Under the pieces are notes generated by a model. It was not told where the DNA came from. It made no database searches and saw only the letters and a program-made list of their open reading frames with translations. DNA of 64,000 nucleotides from a bacterium (lineage in GTDB: Bacteria; Patescibacteriota; Minisyncoccia; UBA6257; JAGOQP01): the NCBI GenBank assembly GCA_021814695.1, contig JAKAHY010000006.1, positions 49-64,048 on the forward strand. The letters run 5' to 3'. Shown piece by piece: positions 7,984 to 17,756 of the stretch; the stretch's first letter is position 1; every line of letters begins with the position of its first letter. Made by a program: the position numbers and the translations under genes.

Positions 7984-9504
7984 ATGTCTTCTAATAAAGC
8001 CCAAAACGCGGGGCAGGCTCCGCTTAATAACCCGACTCAAAAACCGCTATCTGTCGGAGGCAATACCGGCGCCCTTAAGGCGCGCCCGCCGATTGTGGTG
8101 GTAATGGGCCACGTTGACCATGGCAAAACCACTCTCTTGGATTACATTCGAAAAACGAAAGTAGCCGAACGTGAGGCGGGCGGAATCACCCAATCTATCG
8201 GTGCTTATGAAATAGAAAAAAATGGGCAGAAGATGACATTTATAGATACGCCCGGACACGAAGCGTTTACAAAAATGCGTCAGAGAGGAGCCCATGTTGC
8301 CGATATCGGGATTTTAGTTATCGGCGCCGATGATGGAGTTAAGCCGCAAACCGAAGAAGCGATAGCAATTTTGCAGAATTCGAACACTCCTTTTGCGGTC
8401 GCAATAAATAAAATAGACAAAAACAACGCCGATATTGAGAGAACAAAAAATGACCTGCTTAAACACGGCGTTCTTTTGGAGGGATTTGGAGGAAACATTT
8501 CATGGTGCGCGATATCGGCAAAGCAGGGAGAAGGCGTGGATGAGCTTTTGGATTTGGTTTTGTTAATGTGGCAGGTTGAAAATCTTACTTACAATCCATC
8601 CGTCCCGGCCAAGGGATTTATTATAGAAGCCAAAGTAGACAGCAGGAGAGGGGCCGCCGTTTCGGTAGTCGTTACCGACGGCATTATTCGTGAAGGTAAT
8701 GATATTGCGACGCCGACAGCCTGCGGAAAAATAAAAATGCTTGAAAATTTTTTGGGAAAAAGAGTTACGGAACTTGCTCCTTCCAGCCCGGCTCTTATTT
8801 TAGGATTTGAAAGCCTACCTTCCGTGGGGCAATCTTTCACTGCCGGAGATCTTGAACTTGAAATTGCTCCTAATTTGGCCCCGGGATTGAAACCGAAAAT
8901 GAATCTTAGCGAAACCGAAAAAGAAACCATGATGCCGGTTATGATTAAAGCAGACGTTTCCGGTTCTTTGGAAGCATTGGCGCATGTTATCGGAGCTTTA
9001 GAGATTGACGGGAAAAAATTCAAAATTGTTTCCGAGGAGGTCGGAGAAATTACCGATGGCGACATAAAAGATGCCAGCGCTACGGGGTCTATTGTTGTAG
9101 GATTCAATACAAAAATCATCAAATCGGCTGATAACTTAGCCAGAGGCCAGAATGTCAGAGTTGTAACTTCAAATATCATTTATAGAATTGTAGAGGCTCT
9201 CGAGGAGTCTATTAGAGCCATTGAGGGGGGTGAAAAGGGACCGACAATGGAAGTGCTTGCGATATTCAGCCAGAAAGGAAAAAAACAACTCGTCGGAGGG
9301 AAAATATTATCCGGAATATTTACGCTAAACCAAAAGGTTAATATATTAAGACAGGACAAAGCCGTCGGTGCCGGAAGAATAACCAGTTTGCAGCAGGGAA
9401 AGGCGGTTGTTAAAAAAGTTTCCGAAGGAGAATTCGGGCTTATGGTTGAATCTTCGGTCGTTGTCCAGGTGGGAGATGTGCTTGAAATAGAATATACCAA
9501 ATAA
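7984..9504 (+). CDS. infB: Translation initiation factor IF-2 (short form)
   Basis: GHVDHGKTTLLD, DTPGHEAF, NKIDK GTPase motifs and conserved C-terminal domains. Confidence 0.92.
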   Translation: MSSNKAQNAGQAPLNNPTQKPLSVGGNTGALKARPPIVVVMGHVDHGKTTLLDYIRKTKVAEREAGGITQSIGAYEIEKNGQKMTFIDTPGHEAFTKMRQRGAHVADIGILVIGADDGVKPQTEEAIAILQNSNTPFAVAINKIDKNNADIERTKNDLLKHGVLLEGFGGNISWCAISAKQGEGVDELLDLVLLMWQVENLTYNPSVPAKGFIIEAKVDSRRGAAVSVVVTDGIIREGNDIATPTACGKIKMLENFLGKRVTELAPSSPALILGFESLPSVGQSFTAGDLELEIAPNLAPGLKPKMNLSETEKETMMPVMIKADVSGSLEALAHVIGALEIDGKKFKIVSEEVGEITDGDIKDASATGSIVVGFNTKIIKSADNLARGQNVRVVTSNIIYRIVEALEESIRAIEGGEKGPTMEVLAIFSQKGKKQLVGGKILSGIFTLNQKVNILRQDKAVGAGRITSLQQGKAVVKKVSEGEFGLMVESSVVVQVGDVLEIEYTK

Positions 9505-9548
9505 TCAAACAGATATAAGTTGATATGGGTAGATATTAATGGAGATAA

Positions 9549-9887
9549 TTGAGTAATAGTTTATATCAATTTGTATTGCGAAGCATATATCAACTTTTAT
9601 CAATTTTTACTATGTCTCTTTACAGAAAACCGCGATTAGAAAGCCTTATTGCTCAGCTGCTTTCGGAACAAATTATCAGAACGATAGAATCCGACAAGTC
9701 TCTGATTACCATTACTTCGGTTGAAGTTGACGAGGATCACGACAAAACTATCGTGATTGTTTCTGTCTACCCCGACGAGCAAAAGAAAAACGTCTTAATA
9801 AAATTGAATGCGGAAGCTCCTTCTTTGGCGTGGCACTTGCTCAAAAAAATAAGGATTAAAAAAATACCGACGCTTGTGTTCAAGTAA
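9549..9887 (+). CDS. rbfA: Ribosome-binding factor A (TTG start with GGAG RBS; alternative ATG at 9612)
   Basis: RKPRLESLIAQLLSEQI...ITITSVEVDEDHDKTIVIVSVYPD collinear with RbfA. Confidence 0.7.
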   Translation: MSNSLYQFVLRSIYQLLSIFTMSLYRKPRLESLIAQLLSEQIIRTIESDKSLITITSVEVDEDHDKTIVIVSVYPDEQKKNVLIKLNAEAPSLAWHLLKKIRIKKIPTLVFK

Positions 9888-9911
9888 TTTTTTTGGAAAA
9901 ATAACAATATT

Positions 9912-9983
9912 GGCCTGGTAGCCAAGTGGTAAGGCGAGGGTCTGCAAAACCCTTATACGCGGGTTCAATTCCCGCCCAGGCCT
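9912..9983 (+). tRNA. tRNA-Cys(GCA)
   Basis: Acceptor ggcctgg/ccaggcc, anticodon stem agggt/accct, loop ctGCAaa, T-loop ttcaatt. Confidence 0.8.
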
Positions 9984-10058
9984 CAATACTAGCTGTTAGT
10001 AACTAGTAATCGGTAAATAGTAAATAGCTTTTGATTTAGGCCCTAACGAAAAAAATAA

Positions 10059-10142
10059 GCCCGGGTGCTGAAACTGGTAGACAGTCAGGACTTAAAATCC
10101 TGTGAGGGCAACCTCGTGTGGGTTCGATTCCCACCCCGGGCA
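10059..10142 (+). tRNA. tRNA-Leu(TAA)
   Basis: Acceptor gcccggg/cccgggc, anticodon loop ctTAAaa, long variable arm, T-loop ttcgatt. Confidence 0.8.
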
Positions 10143-10178
10143 CAAACAAAAATACCCCAAGTGGGTATTTTATTTTTT
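10143..10178 (+). terminator. Hairpin plus T-tract after tRNA-Leu (aacaaaaataccccaagtgggtattttatttttt)
   Basis: Stem ataccc/gggtat followed by a T run; the same palindrome recurs at 11011-11050. Confidence 0.5.
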
Positions 10179-10248
10179 GCATTCGGGTAAAATAAAATTC
10201 TTTATAAAAAAGGGCAGAAATGCCGATTTTTTGTTGCCACCGCCACTC

Positions 10249-10277
10249 TTGACATATATATGTATATATGCTAATAT
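10249..10277 (+). promoter_or_regulatory. Sigma70-like promoter TTGACA-17-TAATAT
   Basis: ttgacatatatatgtatatatgctaatat upstream of the GC-rich ORF. Confidence 0.45.
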
Positions 10278-10338
10278 GTAGTTTGAAATATTGCCAACAT
10301 CCAGCACATTCCAAACGGACAGCAGAAAGGAGCAAGCG

Positions 10339-10752
10339 ATGAATAACAAGGTGGAGTCTGTGGACTATCAGGAGTCCCTTTCGATCAAAGTCGGGAAGTT
10401 TCTTCTCTTGAAGGGATTCGATCTTGCCTCATGCACCGGCCTCGCGTTGGATTCGCTGGTCGAGACCTGCTCGCTCGGTATCCTGCGTGAGGATCCCGAA
10501 GCGAGACCGAGAACGTACTTCTTTGGGCTCATCAGGCGAGACCCGCGCCGGGTCTTTCTCGGCACGGTCTGGTTCAGCAACAGTATGCGCGGTGCGACCG
10601 AGCAGAACTGGGTATTCGATGCGTACGGACGCAAGCATGTCAATTTGGTCAGGCAACTGGCCGAAGAGATGGCTTCGGCCTTCAACGTCAAGATCGCCCT
10701 TCGTCTCGTGCATGAGCAGCCCGACGTCGAGACTTACCTCTCCGACTACTAG
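10339..10752 (+). CDS. Hypothetical protein, atypically GC-rich (~58%), inside the tRNA-Leu-associated insert
   Basis: Long ORF with GC3-rich codons, bounded by duplicated tRNA 3' ends; ORFs in other frames and on the opposite strand are likely compositional artefacts. Confidence 0.45.
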   Translation: MNNKVESVDYQESLSIKVGKFLLLKGFDLASCTGLALDSLVETCSLGILREDPEARPRTYFFGLIRRDPRRVFLGTVWFSNSMRGATEQNWVFDAYGRKHVNLVRQLAEEMASAFNVKIALRLVHEQPDVETYLSDY

Positions 10753-11010
10753 TCGCATGGAGAAGCTTCTCAACATGAGCCCCTCGTGGAATCTAACTCC
10801 GCTTGGGGCTCTATCTTTTTCTAAAATTGAAATTTTCATAAAAATAATATTATTCTTTAGATATCCACTCTGATAATTTTTGGGTTGAATATCGCCAAAG
10901 AAAAACTCAAAATTGTCAGCGGTGCGGCTCCGCCACCTTTCCGAATTTTCGCGGAGGGAGTTTTCACCGCCACAGGCGGTGAAACAGGTTCGCACTAATT
11001 CAAGAATAGA

Positions 11011-11050
11011 GCACAAACAAAAATACCCACTTGGGGTATTTTTGTTTGTA
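11011..11050. repeat. Perfect extended palindrome (acaaacaaaaatacccacttggggtatttttgtttgt), inverted copy of the hairpin at 10143-10178
   Basis: Read directly; its reverse complement equals the 10143 hairpin with flanks. Confidence 0.5.
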
Positions 11051-11077
11051 ATTGGTTAGCGGTGAGATAGCGAAGCG

Positions 11078-11093
11078 TCCCACCCCGGGCACA
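11078..11093 (+). repeat. Direct repeat of the tRNA-Leu(TAA) 3' end (tcccaccccgggcaca), putative attR or integration scar
   Basis: 16/16 identity with 10127-10142. Confidence 0.6.
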
Positions 11094-11097
11094 AGAA

Positions 11098-11502
11098 TTG
11101 ACTCTAGATGGTCGCAAGCCTACTATACTAGCAGAACCCAATGAGGCGAGCGTGAGAAGGTTGGCAGACCTACTATTCTCTCTGAATGTCAGAACGGTAT
11201 CGATAAGAGCTGTAGAATCGGAATATTTTCATTCAGCCAGTATTTTTAGTGATGCGGTAGATAGTATTATCTTTGGTGGAAAGTGCATCGGATTCAGGAG
11301 GTTATATTTGAAATGGAGGCGATGGGAAAAGGAATGGGTGCGAAGGGGAGGCAGGCCGATGCCGTTGGAGTGGTTTTCGGAAAGAACCGTCCTCAATCTG
11401 GAAACTATCAGATTGAAATATGTGGACAATCGGCTAAAGCCGGGAGAAGCGCCAACCTATTTTGCTGACGATTACTTTGAGCTCGCTTTTGAAGATGAAT
11501 AA
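11098..11502 (+). CDS. Hypothetical protein (TTG start)
   Basis: ORF only. Confidence 0.35.
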   Translation: MTLDGRKPTILAEPNEASVRRLADLLFSLNVRTVSIRAVESEYFHSASIFSDAVDSIIFGGKCIGFRRLYLKWRRWEKEWVRRGGRPMPLEWFSERTVLNLETIRLKYVDNRLKPGEAPTYFADDYFELAFEDE

Positions 11503-11581
11503 TTTCCGGCATTTGCCGGTCTTTTTATTTTTATGACTTTATGGTAACTTCCGATTAGTTTTTTGACAGGAGGCGGCCAAA

Positions 11582-12262
11582 ATGAGCCGACGGTTCCCGT
11601 TTGCTATCAGCGTGGATTGTACTAAATTGCACGATTTAGTGTCCGATTTCGACAGGCGTCATTCTGTTGAAATAACGGAATTTCAAAATCTGGAATTAGT
11701 CGTCGGGGAACTTCAAAAAAAAGACCCCAGACAGTTCGGGGAATTCGCGTTTTCAACTGAAGGAAATTGGAATAAGACAGTAGTCGATGTTCTTGCCGCC
11801 GTGAAAAGAGCCGGGAAAGAAAAGGATATGGAATCAATGCGCAGAAAAATTCACAAACAGCTGGTTCTTTCTTTAGCTCATGAATCCGGCCACTGGTATA
11901 TGTTCCATACCGATAAAAGGACTCTATTAAATTCCGGTAGGATTCTGGAAAAAGTGTTGAGGATATTTTTTGGATCACTTGCCGGTGTAATGGTTGTTAT
12001 TGCCGGTGTGGTGATTTTTGAGAATTTTTCCGTGATGCATTTTTCTTCGCTGGTCGGAGCCGATGTTTTGGAAGGAGTATTCGGTATTCTTTTGGCCTCA
12101 AGTTTTTATTCGGGGTTGCAATTGGCCCAAACAATGGCCAAAGATCTTACCTACATTCTTTCAAAATCCGAACGTTTTGCCAGAAAATTCGAAAAGTGGG
12201 CCAAGAAAGATACTCGCTGGAATGAGGTAGTATCTGTTAAATGGAATGAACGGCCGCTGTAG
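11582..12262 (+). CDS. Putative membrane-associated Zn-metalloprotease-like protein (HEXXH)
   Basis: LAHESGHWYMFH motif followed by two hydrophobic helices. Confidence 0.45.
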   Translation: MSRRFPFAISVDCTKLHDLVSDFDRRHSVEITEFQNLELVVGELQKKDPRQFGEFAFSTEGNWNKTVVDVLAAVKRAGKEKDMESMRRKIHKQLVLSLAHESGHWYMFHTDKRTLLNSGRILEKVLRIFFGSLAGVMVVIAGVVIFENFSVMHFSSLVGADVLEGVFGILLASSFYSGLQLAQTMAKDLTYILSKSERFARKFEKWAKKDTRWNEVVSVKWNERPL

Positions 12263-12326
12263 AGCGGCTTTTTTGCGAAATTTTTTTTAATTTGCTAATA
12301 TTGGTTCAGTTCGTTGAGAGGCTAAA

Positions 12327-13112
12327 ATGCACGAGGTAGAACCGAAGGTTTTTCTTGTCGGAGAAACGCGAATTATGACGGATGAGTTTATGGAATATTT
12401 GGAGCATATTGAAGTTCCTGGATGGAACTCCGATGCACCATCCGACCCGGAGAAGCTTATCGAGTTTATGGGACGTCTTTGTTACAAGAGTTTTGTTCCG
12501 GGACTGAATCCCAATGTGACAAAAATCCGTGAAGGAAATGACGAATATCTGGCCAATCTTTCCAATGTGAAGCACGGCTCAGTTTTGGAGCACGTTGTGT
12601 TTAACTTCGTATTTTCCGACGTATCGAGAGTATTCACTCATGAGCTTGTTCGCCACCGCGCCGGAGTTGCGATTTCTCAGGAAAGCCTGAGGTATGTTCG
12701 TCTCACCGAGATTGGATTCATGATGCCAAGCGTTTTTGCCAATGACCCCGAGGTTGTGGAGAAGTGTTCCAAGTATGTGGAAGAGGGAGAAAATCTTCAA
12801 CTCTGGTTGGCGGAACATTTTGGTCTGGATAATCCGGGCGTTGGATTTCCTTTTAAGAAAAAGGTCACTTCCGCAATGAGGAGAGTTGCTGTTCTCGGTC
12901 TGGCTACGACTATCGGTTGGTCGGCCAATGCCCGCGCGCTGCGTTGGGTTCTGGAAATGCGTACTCATCCTAGCGCCGAAGAGGAAATTCGTATGGTATT
13001 CGGGAAAGTTGGCGAAATGATGTGTGCTAAATACCCCAATCTTTTCGGAGATTTTGAAGTGGTAATGGAAGACGGACTGCCACACTACAAGCCTCGTAAC
13101 AGTAAAGTATAA
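12327..13112 (+). CDS. thyX: FAD-dependent thymidylate synthase
   Basis: ThyX signature ELVRHRAGVAISQESLRYV (RHRxxSxxxxSxR). Confidence 0.85.
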   Translation: MHEVEPKVFLVGETRIMTDEFMEYLEHIEVPGWNSDAPSDPEKLIEFMGRLCYKSFVPGLNPNVTKIREGNDEYLANLSNVKHGSVLEHVVFNFVFSDVSRVFTHELVRHRAGVAISQESLRYVRLTEIGFMMPSVFANDPEVVEKCSKYVEEGENLQLWLAEHFGLDNPGVGFPFKKKVTSAMRRVAVLGLATTIGWSANARALRWVLEMRTHPSAEEEIRMVFGKVGEMMCAKYPNLFGDFEVVMEDGLPHYKPRNSKV

Positions 13113-13195
13113 AAACAAGGGCACTCTCGCCCTTTTTTGTTGCCAGTTTTTGTGACATCGTGTATTCTTTCTGACAGGACACAAAAGGAGGTTTA

Positions 13196-13516
13196 ATGAA
13201 ACAGCTCGGTTGTGCGATTTTTGGAAACGAAAATATCGGAAAAAATATCAGGGAAGAATGCGCCAGGCTTTTGCTGAAAGCATATGAGGCCGAAAATGGA
13301 TATGTGAGTCCGGAGACGTCCGTTAAGGCTCGCCTTATCGAGGTTGGAGCCGTTGATTTTATCGGTAAAATTTCCGTTCAGATTCTGGTATATCTGGGCT
13401 ATCTGGAGCGTTCCAAGCATTTGAGTGATTCTTACAAGATTACCAAAAAGGGAAGCAATCTGGTTAAACCGTATGTCGATGCCAAAAAGGCACAAGGCCA
13501 TCTGTTCGAAAAGTAA
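13196..13516 (+). CDS. Hypothetical protein
   Basis: ORF with upstream GGAGG RBS. Confidence 0.45.
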   Translation: MKQLGCAIFGNENIGKNIREECARLLLKAYEAENGYVSPETSVKARLIEVGAVDFIGKISVQILVYLGYLERSKHLSDSYKITKKGSNLVKPYVDAKKAQGHLFEK

Positions 13517-13559
13517 CAGTACTCACCGTCACGATGTTTCATCGGGCGGATTTTTTTGT

Positions 13560-13590
13560 CCATGTTATTTCACGATCGTGAAATAACATG
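13560..13590. promoter_or_regulatory. Perfect 14-bp-arm palindrome catgttatttcacgatcgtgaaataacatg
   Basis: Read directly. Confidence 0.35.
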
Positions 13591-13790
13591 GACTGGGGTT
13601 TTGATTGTCTATTCTATTTATCTAAGTGTTGTTGATTATTTTTGCAATTTCAGTTTAAATATAGGTGATTGCATGGCCCTATCGTCTCCTCCTTCGCTTT
13701 CATTGTATTCAAGCTTCGGACGGACAAGTCATAATATTCAATGTTCTGTCTTGCCCCTCGAAGCTCTGATATAATTCAGAGCGTAGTAGG

Positions 13791-13865
13791 GGCCCTATCG
13801 TCTAGTCTGGTCTAGGACACAGGATTTTCATTCCTGGAACTCGGGTTCAAATCCCGATGGGGTCA
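13791..13865 (+). tRNA. tRNA-Glu(TTC)
   Basis: D-arm tcgtctagtctggtctaggac, anticodon stem cagga/tcctg with loop ttTTCat, T-arm tcgggttcaaatcccga; acceptor has two G-U pairs. Confidence 0.7.
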
Positions 13866-13905
13866 CAAAATAAAATTACGCCATAAAGGCGTAATTTTAT
13901 TTTGT
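13866..13905 (+). terminator. Hairpin aaaataaaattacgccataaaggcgtaattttatttt
   Basis: 16-bp stem with T-rich flanks. Confidence 0.5.
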
Positions 13906-14030
13906 GTATCACAGCGGATTTGAATCAGAAGGGGTCGGGGAACCAGTGGTCCCCCGTATAGGAAAAAGTCCGCCCAGGGCGGACGTCAAGAAACCGAGGG
14001 TTTCTTAATCGGGGGTCGGGGGTGAGCGTG

Positions 14031-14048
14031 AAAATCCCTGGGGTCACA
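14031..14048 (+). repeat. Duplicate of the tRNA-Glu T-loop and acceptor 3' end (aaatccc-tggggtcaca)
   Basis: Matches 13849-13867 apart from a 2-nt gap. Confidence 0.5.
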
Positions 14049-14159
14049 CAAGTTATATTTCTTTATATTTTTCACCACAATCCCTAGACGGAGGTTAATT
14101 TGACGCACTATTGATTTTGTGTTAATACGTTATCAGTTCGTTGAATCAAGGGGGATTCT

Positions 14160-14960
14160 ATGAGCCAGCAAAGCTGGTGCACCAATGGACACGGCGCTTT
14201 TACCGGATTCACATGCCCTATCTGCGCCTTGATTGAAGAGTCTCGTGCTCGTGAAGAGCGGGAACGCAAAGAGCGCGAGGAGGAAGATAAGAAGCGTAAG
14301 GCCGAAGAAGAACGACGTAGGTTGGAAGAAGAGGAAGAAGATGAATATGAGGAATCAAAGGAACAAATATTTACCGATATTGGAGAAATGCTCGCTTGTG
14401 CATTTTCAGATCAAAAAGAATTTAAAGAAAAATGCGCAAAAGCGGTTGGGATGATTCTTTCGGGCCAATTTCGTGATGCCGAGTCAGTGCTCCTCACTCT
14501 TATTGGTTGGGCTGAGAGATTTTCATCTGAGGGCCACGCACCAGAATCCTTTTTCTTTCCTCACTTTCTGCTATTTGAAGTTCGTTCCTTTAACGACATC
14601 GATGGGACGCAAGAGCTCGTTGATGGACTGATGAAAGTCAAGAGTGTGTTTGTGATAGGGAGAGGGAATGACTACGACAGCAGTAATTATCTCGGAGACT
14701 CTTTTGCAGATCTTAAAAAGGTACTTGGGCGTGGAGGGTGTCCGCGCAACCTTGAAATTGCGCTGATAGAATTTATCAAAACATATGCGGCGCATAACGC
14801 AGACAAAATGACTGATGCGGAAGCCGAAAGAATTCGGCATTATAACTGGTTTCCTTGGTGGCCAAAGAAAAAGCGTTTACTTTTCCGGCAAGCTGTATAT
14901 GAAAAGGAATTTCTGCGGCTCAAAAATATTCTGGATGCCGCAATAGCGCAAGTCGATTGA
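14160..14960 (+). CDS. Hypothetical protein with N-terminal zinc-ribbon-like CxxxH...CPIC and E/R-rich linker
   Basis: ORF; no family recognised. Confidence 0.45.
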   Translation: MSQQSWCTNGHGAFTGFTCPICALIEESRAREERERKEREEEDKKRKAEEERRRLEEEEEDEYEESKEQIFTDIGEMLACAFSDQKEFKEKCAKAVGMILSGQFRDAESVLLTLIGWAERFSSEGHAPESFFFPHFLLFEVRSFNDIDGTQELVDGLMKVKSVFVIGRGNDYDSSNYLGDSFADLKKVLGRGGCPRNLEIALIEFIKTYAAHNADKMTDAEAERIRHYNWFPWWPKKKRLLFRQAVYEKEFLRLKNILDAAIAQVD

Positions 14961-15127
14961 TTTTTCGCCAAAGCCGATGCTGAGGCGATTTTTTATTACA
15001 AACAAAGCGTTTTAATTGCTTTAAAATATGAGGAAGTTTTGGATTTTAAATTTCTGAATTTACAATGATTGACTCAGGCGTAGATTTGGCGCAAGATTAT
15101 ACACAGGGTCTTTGACCCGTTTTTTGT

Positions 15128-16624
15128 ATGAAACCCCCTACATTTTATCGCCTCATGGATATGGTTCCCGGATCACTTACCTGGGCCACTATTATCCTAA
15201 TGATATTGATTTCGATACTGATACCAGAAGCTGTGGCTGTTTTCATTATCTTATTTGATATTTATTGGCTGCTTAAAACTATTTATTTATCTCTGCATCT
15301 CAGGAGCAGCTTTAAAAAGCTTAAATCTAATATGACCACTGATTGGATTAAGGCATTAAATAGCGATCCAAAAACCAAACAGATCTGGCAGGAAATTTAT
15401 CATCTTGTCATTCTGCCTATGGTTAACGAACCTTACGGTGTGGTTTCCGAAACTTTTAGCCAGCTTGAAAAATCAAATTATCCTTCCGATAAATTAATTG
15501 TTGTTTTGGCTATAGAAGAAAGAGCCGGACAGCAAGCTCAGGATGTCGCTCAGAAAATAAAGCAAAACTTCGGAGATAAGTTTTATAAATTTATTGTTAC
15601 CACGCATCCTAAAGATTTACCTAACGAAATGCCAGGTAAGGGATCCAATGAATCATGGGCGGCTCAACAAGTTCAGAAGGAGATTATAGACGCTCTTAAA
15701 ATCCCCTACGAAAATATCTTGGTTTCTGTTTTTGATGTTGATACCCAGGTTTACTCGGAATATTTCGGAATTTTAACGTACACATTTCTAACCAGCGATG
15801 ATGGCCAGCATTCAAGTTTTCAACCCGTTCCTTTATTTTTGAATAATGTATACAAGGCTCCTGCGCTTGCCCGCATAATAGGATTTTCGTCAACTTTCTG
15901 GCATCTGATGCAGCAGTCTCGGGCAGAAAAGCTCACGACGTTTTCATCGCATTCGCTGCCTTTTAAAGCACTTTCCGAAATAGGCTTTTGGCAAAAAGAT
16001 ATCGTTTCGGAAGATTCCAGAATATTTTGGCAACTCTACGTTCATTTCGACGGTAACTGGAAAGCAATTCCGTTATTTTATCCGGTTTCAATGGACGCCA
16101 ATGCCGCCCCGACTTTCTGGCAGACAATGGTTAATCTGTATAAACAGCAGAGGCGTTGGGCCTGGGGAAGCGAAAACGTCGCTTACATTTTCAGCGGTTT
16201 CAAGAAAAATAAGAAAATCCGGACATCCAAAAAATGGTACTGGGGATTTCATCTTCTTGAGGGCTATCATTCATGGGCTACCAGCTCCATAATACTTTTT
16301 GCTCTCGGATGGCTTCCTATAATTTTGGGTGGGCAGATGTTCCGTCTCACGCTTTTGGCATACAACTTGCCTCAAATTACGAGGCTGATTATGACCCTGG
16401 CTTCTCTGGGAATTGTGAGCTCGGCGGTCCTTTCGATGGCGCTTCTTCCTCCAAAACCGGCAGGGTTTAAAAAAATCAATTCGATTTGGTATTTTGTTTC
16501 CTGGCTGTTAATGCCTCTCACTCTGATAATATTCGGTTCATTGCCGGCGATTGAAGCTCAGACTCGTTTGGCATTATCCGGGAAATTCAGGTTGGATTTT
16601 TGGGTCACGCCTAAACATCGATAA
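15128..16624 (+). CDS. Membrane glycosyltransferase family 2 (processive, cellulose/chitin-synthase-like)
   Basis: DxD (VFDVDTQV), QxxRW (QQRRWAWG), N- and C-terminal TM helices. Confidence 0.75.
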   Translation: MKPPTFYRLMDMVPGSLTWATIILMILISILIPEAVAVFIILFDIYWLLKTIYLSLHLRSSFKKLKSNMTTDWIKALNSDPKTKQIWQEIYHLVILPMVNEPYGVVSETFSQLEKSNYPSDKLIVVLAIEERAGQQAQDVAQKIKQNFGDKFYKFIVTTHPKDLPNEMPGKGSNESWAAQQVQKEIIDALKIPYENILVSVFDVDTQVYSEYFGILTYTFLTSDDGQHSSFQPVPLFLNNVYKAPALARIIGFSSTFWHLMQQSRAEKLTTFSSHSLPFKALSEIGFWQKDIVSEDSRIFWQLYVHFDGNWKAIPLFYPVSMDANAAPTFWQTMVNLYKQQRRWAWGSENVAYIFSGFKKNKKIRTSKKWYWGFHLLEGYHSWATSSIILFALGWLPIILGGQMFRLTLLAYNLPQITRLIMTLASLGIVSSAVLSMALLPPKPAGFKKINSIWYFVSWLLMPLTLIIFGSLPAIEAQTRLALSGKFRLDFWVTPKHR

Positions 16625-16630
16625 TTTTTT

Positions 16631-17713
16631 ATGAGAATACTTTCAATTGAGACAAGTTGTGACGAAACGGCGATGGCGATACTGGATATTTCCGGTTCTT
16701 TATCAAATCCTAAAATAAAAATTATTAAAGACATTGTTGCGTCTCAGATAAAACTGCACGCCAAATTCGGAGGTGTAGTTCCTAATCTGGCAAAAAGAGA
16801 ACATCTCAAAAATCTTCCCATATTACTTTCAAAAGTTGTCACTTCTGAGAAATATATCAAATCTATCGATGTTATTGCCGTCACTGTCGGTCCGGGGCTT
16901 GAGCCGGCTCTCTGGACCGGAATCCAGTTTGCAAAAGATCTGTCCAAAAAATGGAAAAAGCCGATTATCGGGGTAAATCATTTAAGTGGGCATCTCTACA
17001 GTTTTTTACTCTCGCCGAAATCAAAAAAAAGAAAAATATTCCCGGCAATATCCCTGATAGTCAGCGGAGGGCACACGATATTGGCGTATATGAAAAATTC
17101 CGGCGGTTATGAAAAGCTTGGCGAGACTTTAGATGACGCTGTCGGCGAATCATTCGATAAGGTCGCCCGGCTGTTAAACCTTCCGTATCCCGGTGGTCCG
17201 GCTCTGGAGAAATTAGCTCAAAAAGGCAATGAGAAAGCCATTCCTTTTCCTTCTCCGATGATCAACCAAAATAATTACGATTTTAGTTATTCGGGGCTTA
17301 AAACTTCGGTTTTGTACTATCTTAAAAATTTAGGCTCTACGGCCAAAGATTTTTCGCTGTCCTTATCCGACAAAAAATCCCTTAAAAAAATAGAAAGCCA
17401 AAAAAATCTCAAAGCCGATATTGCCGCATCGTTTCAGAGAGCGGCATTTGCCGCGCCGGTTAAAAAAACTTTGGCCGCGGCAAAGAAATTAAAAGCGCGT
17501 TCGATTTTGATAGGCGGAGGAGTGGCCGCAAATCGGATGTTGCCAAAAATGATGAGGGCGGAAATAAAATCCAAAGATTTGGATATTGAGGTTATTGTCC
17601 CTCCGTTAAAATATTGCATGGACAATGCAGTAATGATTGCCCTTGCTTCCCGCCTACAACCCAAAAACAGAAAAAAATATCCGCTACGCGCCGATGGAAA
17701 TCTTAGTTTATAG
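16631..17713 (+). CDS. tsaD: tRNA N6-adenosine threonylcarbamoyltransferase (Kae1/TsaD)
   Basis: MRILSIETSCDETAMAILD, VNHLSGHL motifs. Confidence 0.85.
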   Translation: MRILSIETSCDETAMAILDISGSLSNPKIKIIKDIVASQIKLHAKFGGVVPNLAKREHLKNLPILLSKVVTSEKYIKSIDVIAVTVGPGLEPALWTGIQFAKDLSKKWKKPIIGVNHLSGHLYSFLLSPKSKKRKIFPAISLIVSGGHTILAYMKNSGGYEKLGETLDDAVGESFDKVARLLNLPYPGGPALEKLAQKGNEKAIPFPSPMINQNNYDFSYSGLKTSVLYYLKNLGSTAKDFSLSLSDKKSLKKIESQKNLKADIAASFQRAAFAAPVKKTLAAAKKLKARSILIGGGVAANRMLPKMMRAEIKSKDLDIEVIVPPLKYCMDNAVMIALASRLQPKNRKKYPLRADGNLSL

Positions 17714-17756
17714 AAGGATATTGATACAAACGATTACCGCTGGTAATCTATAACCG

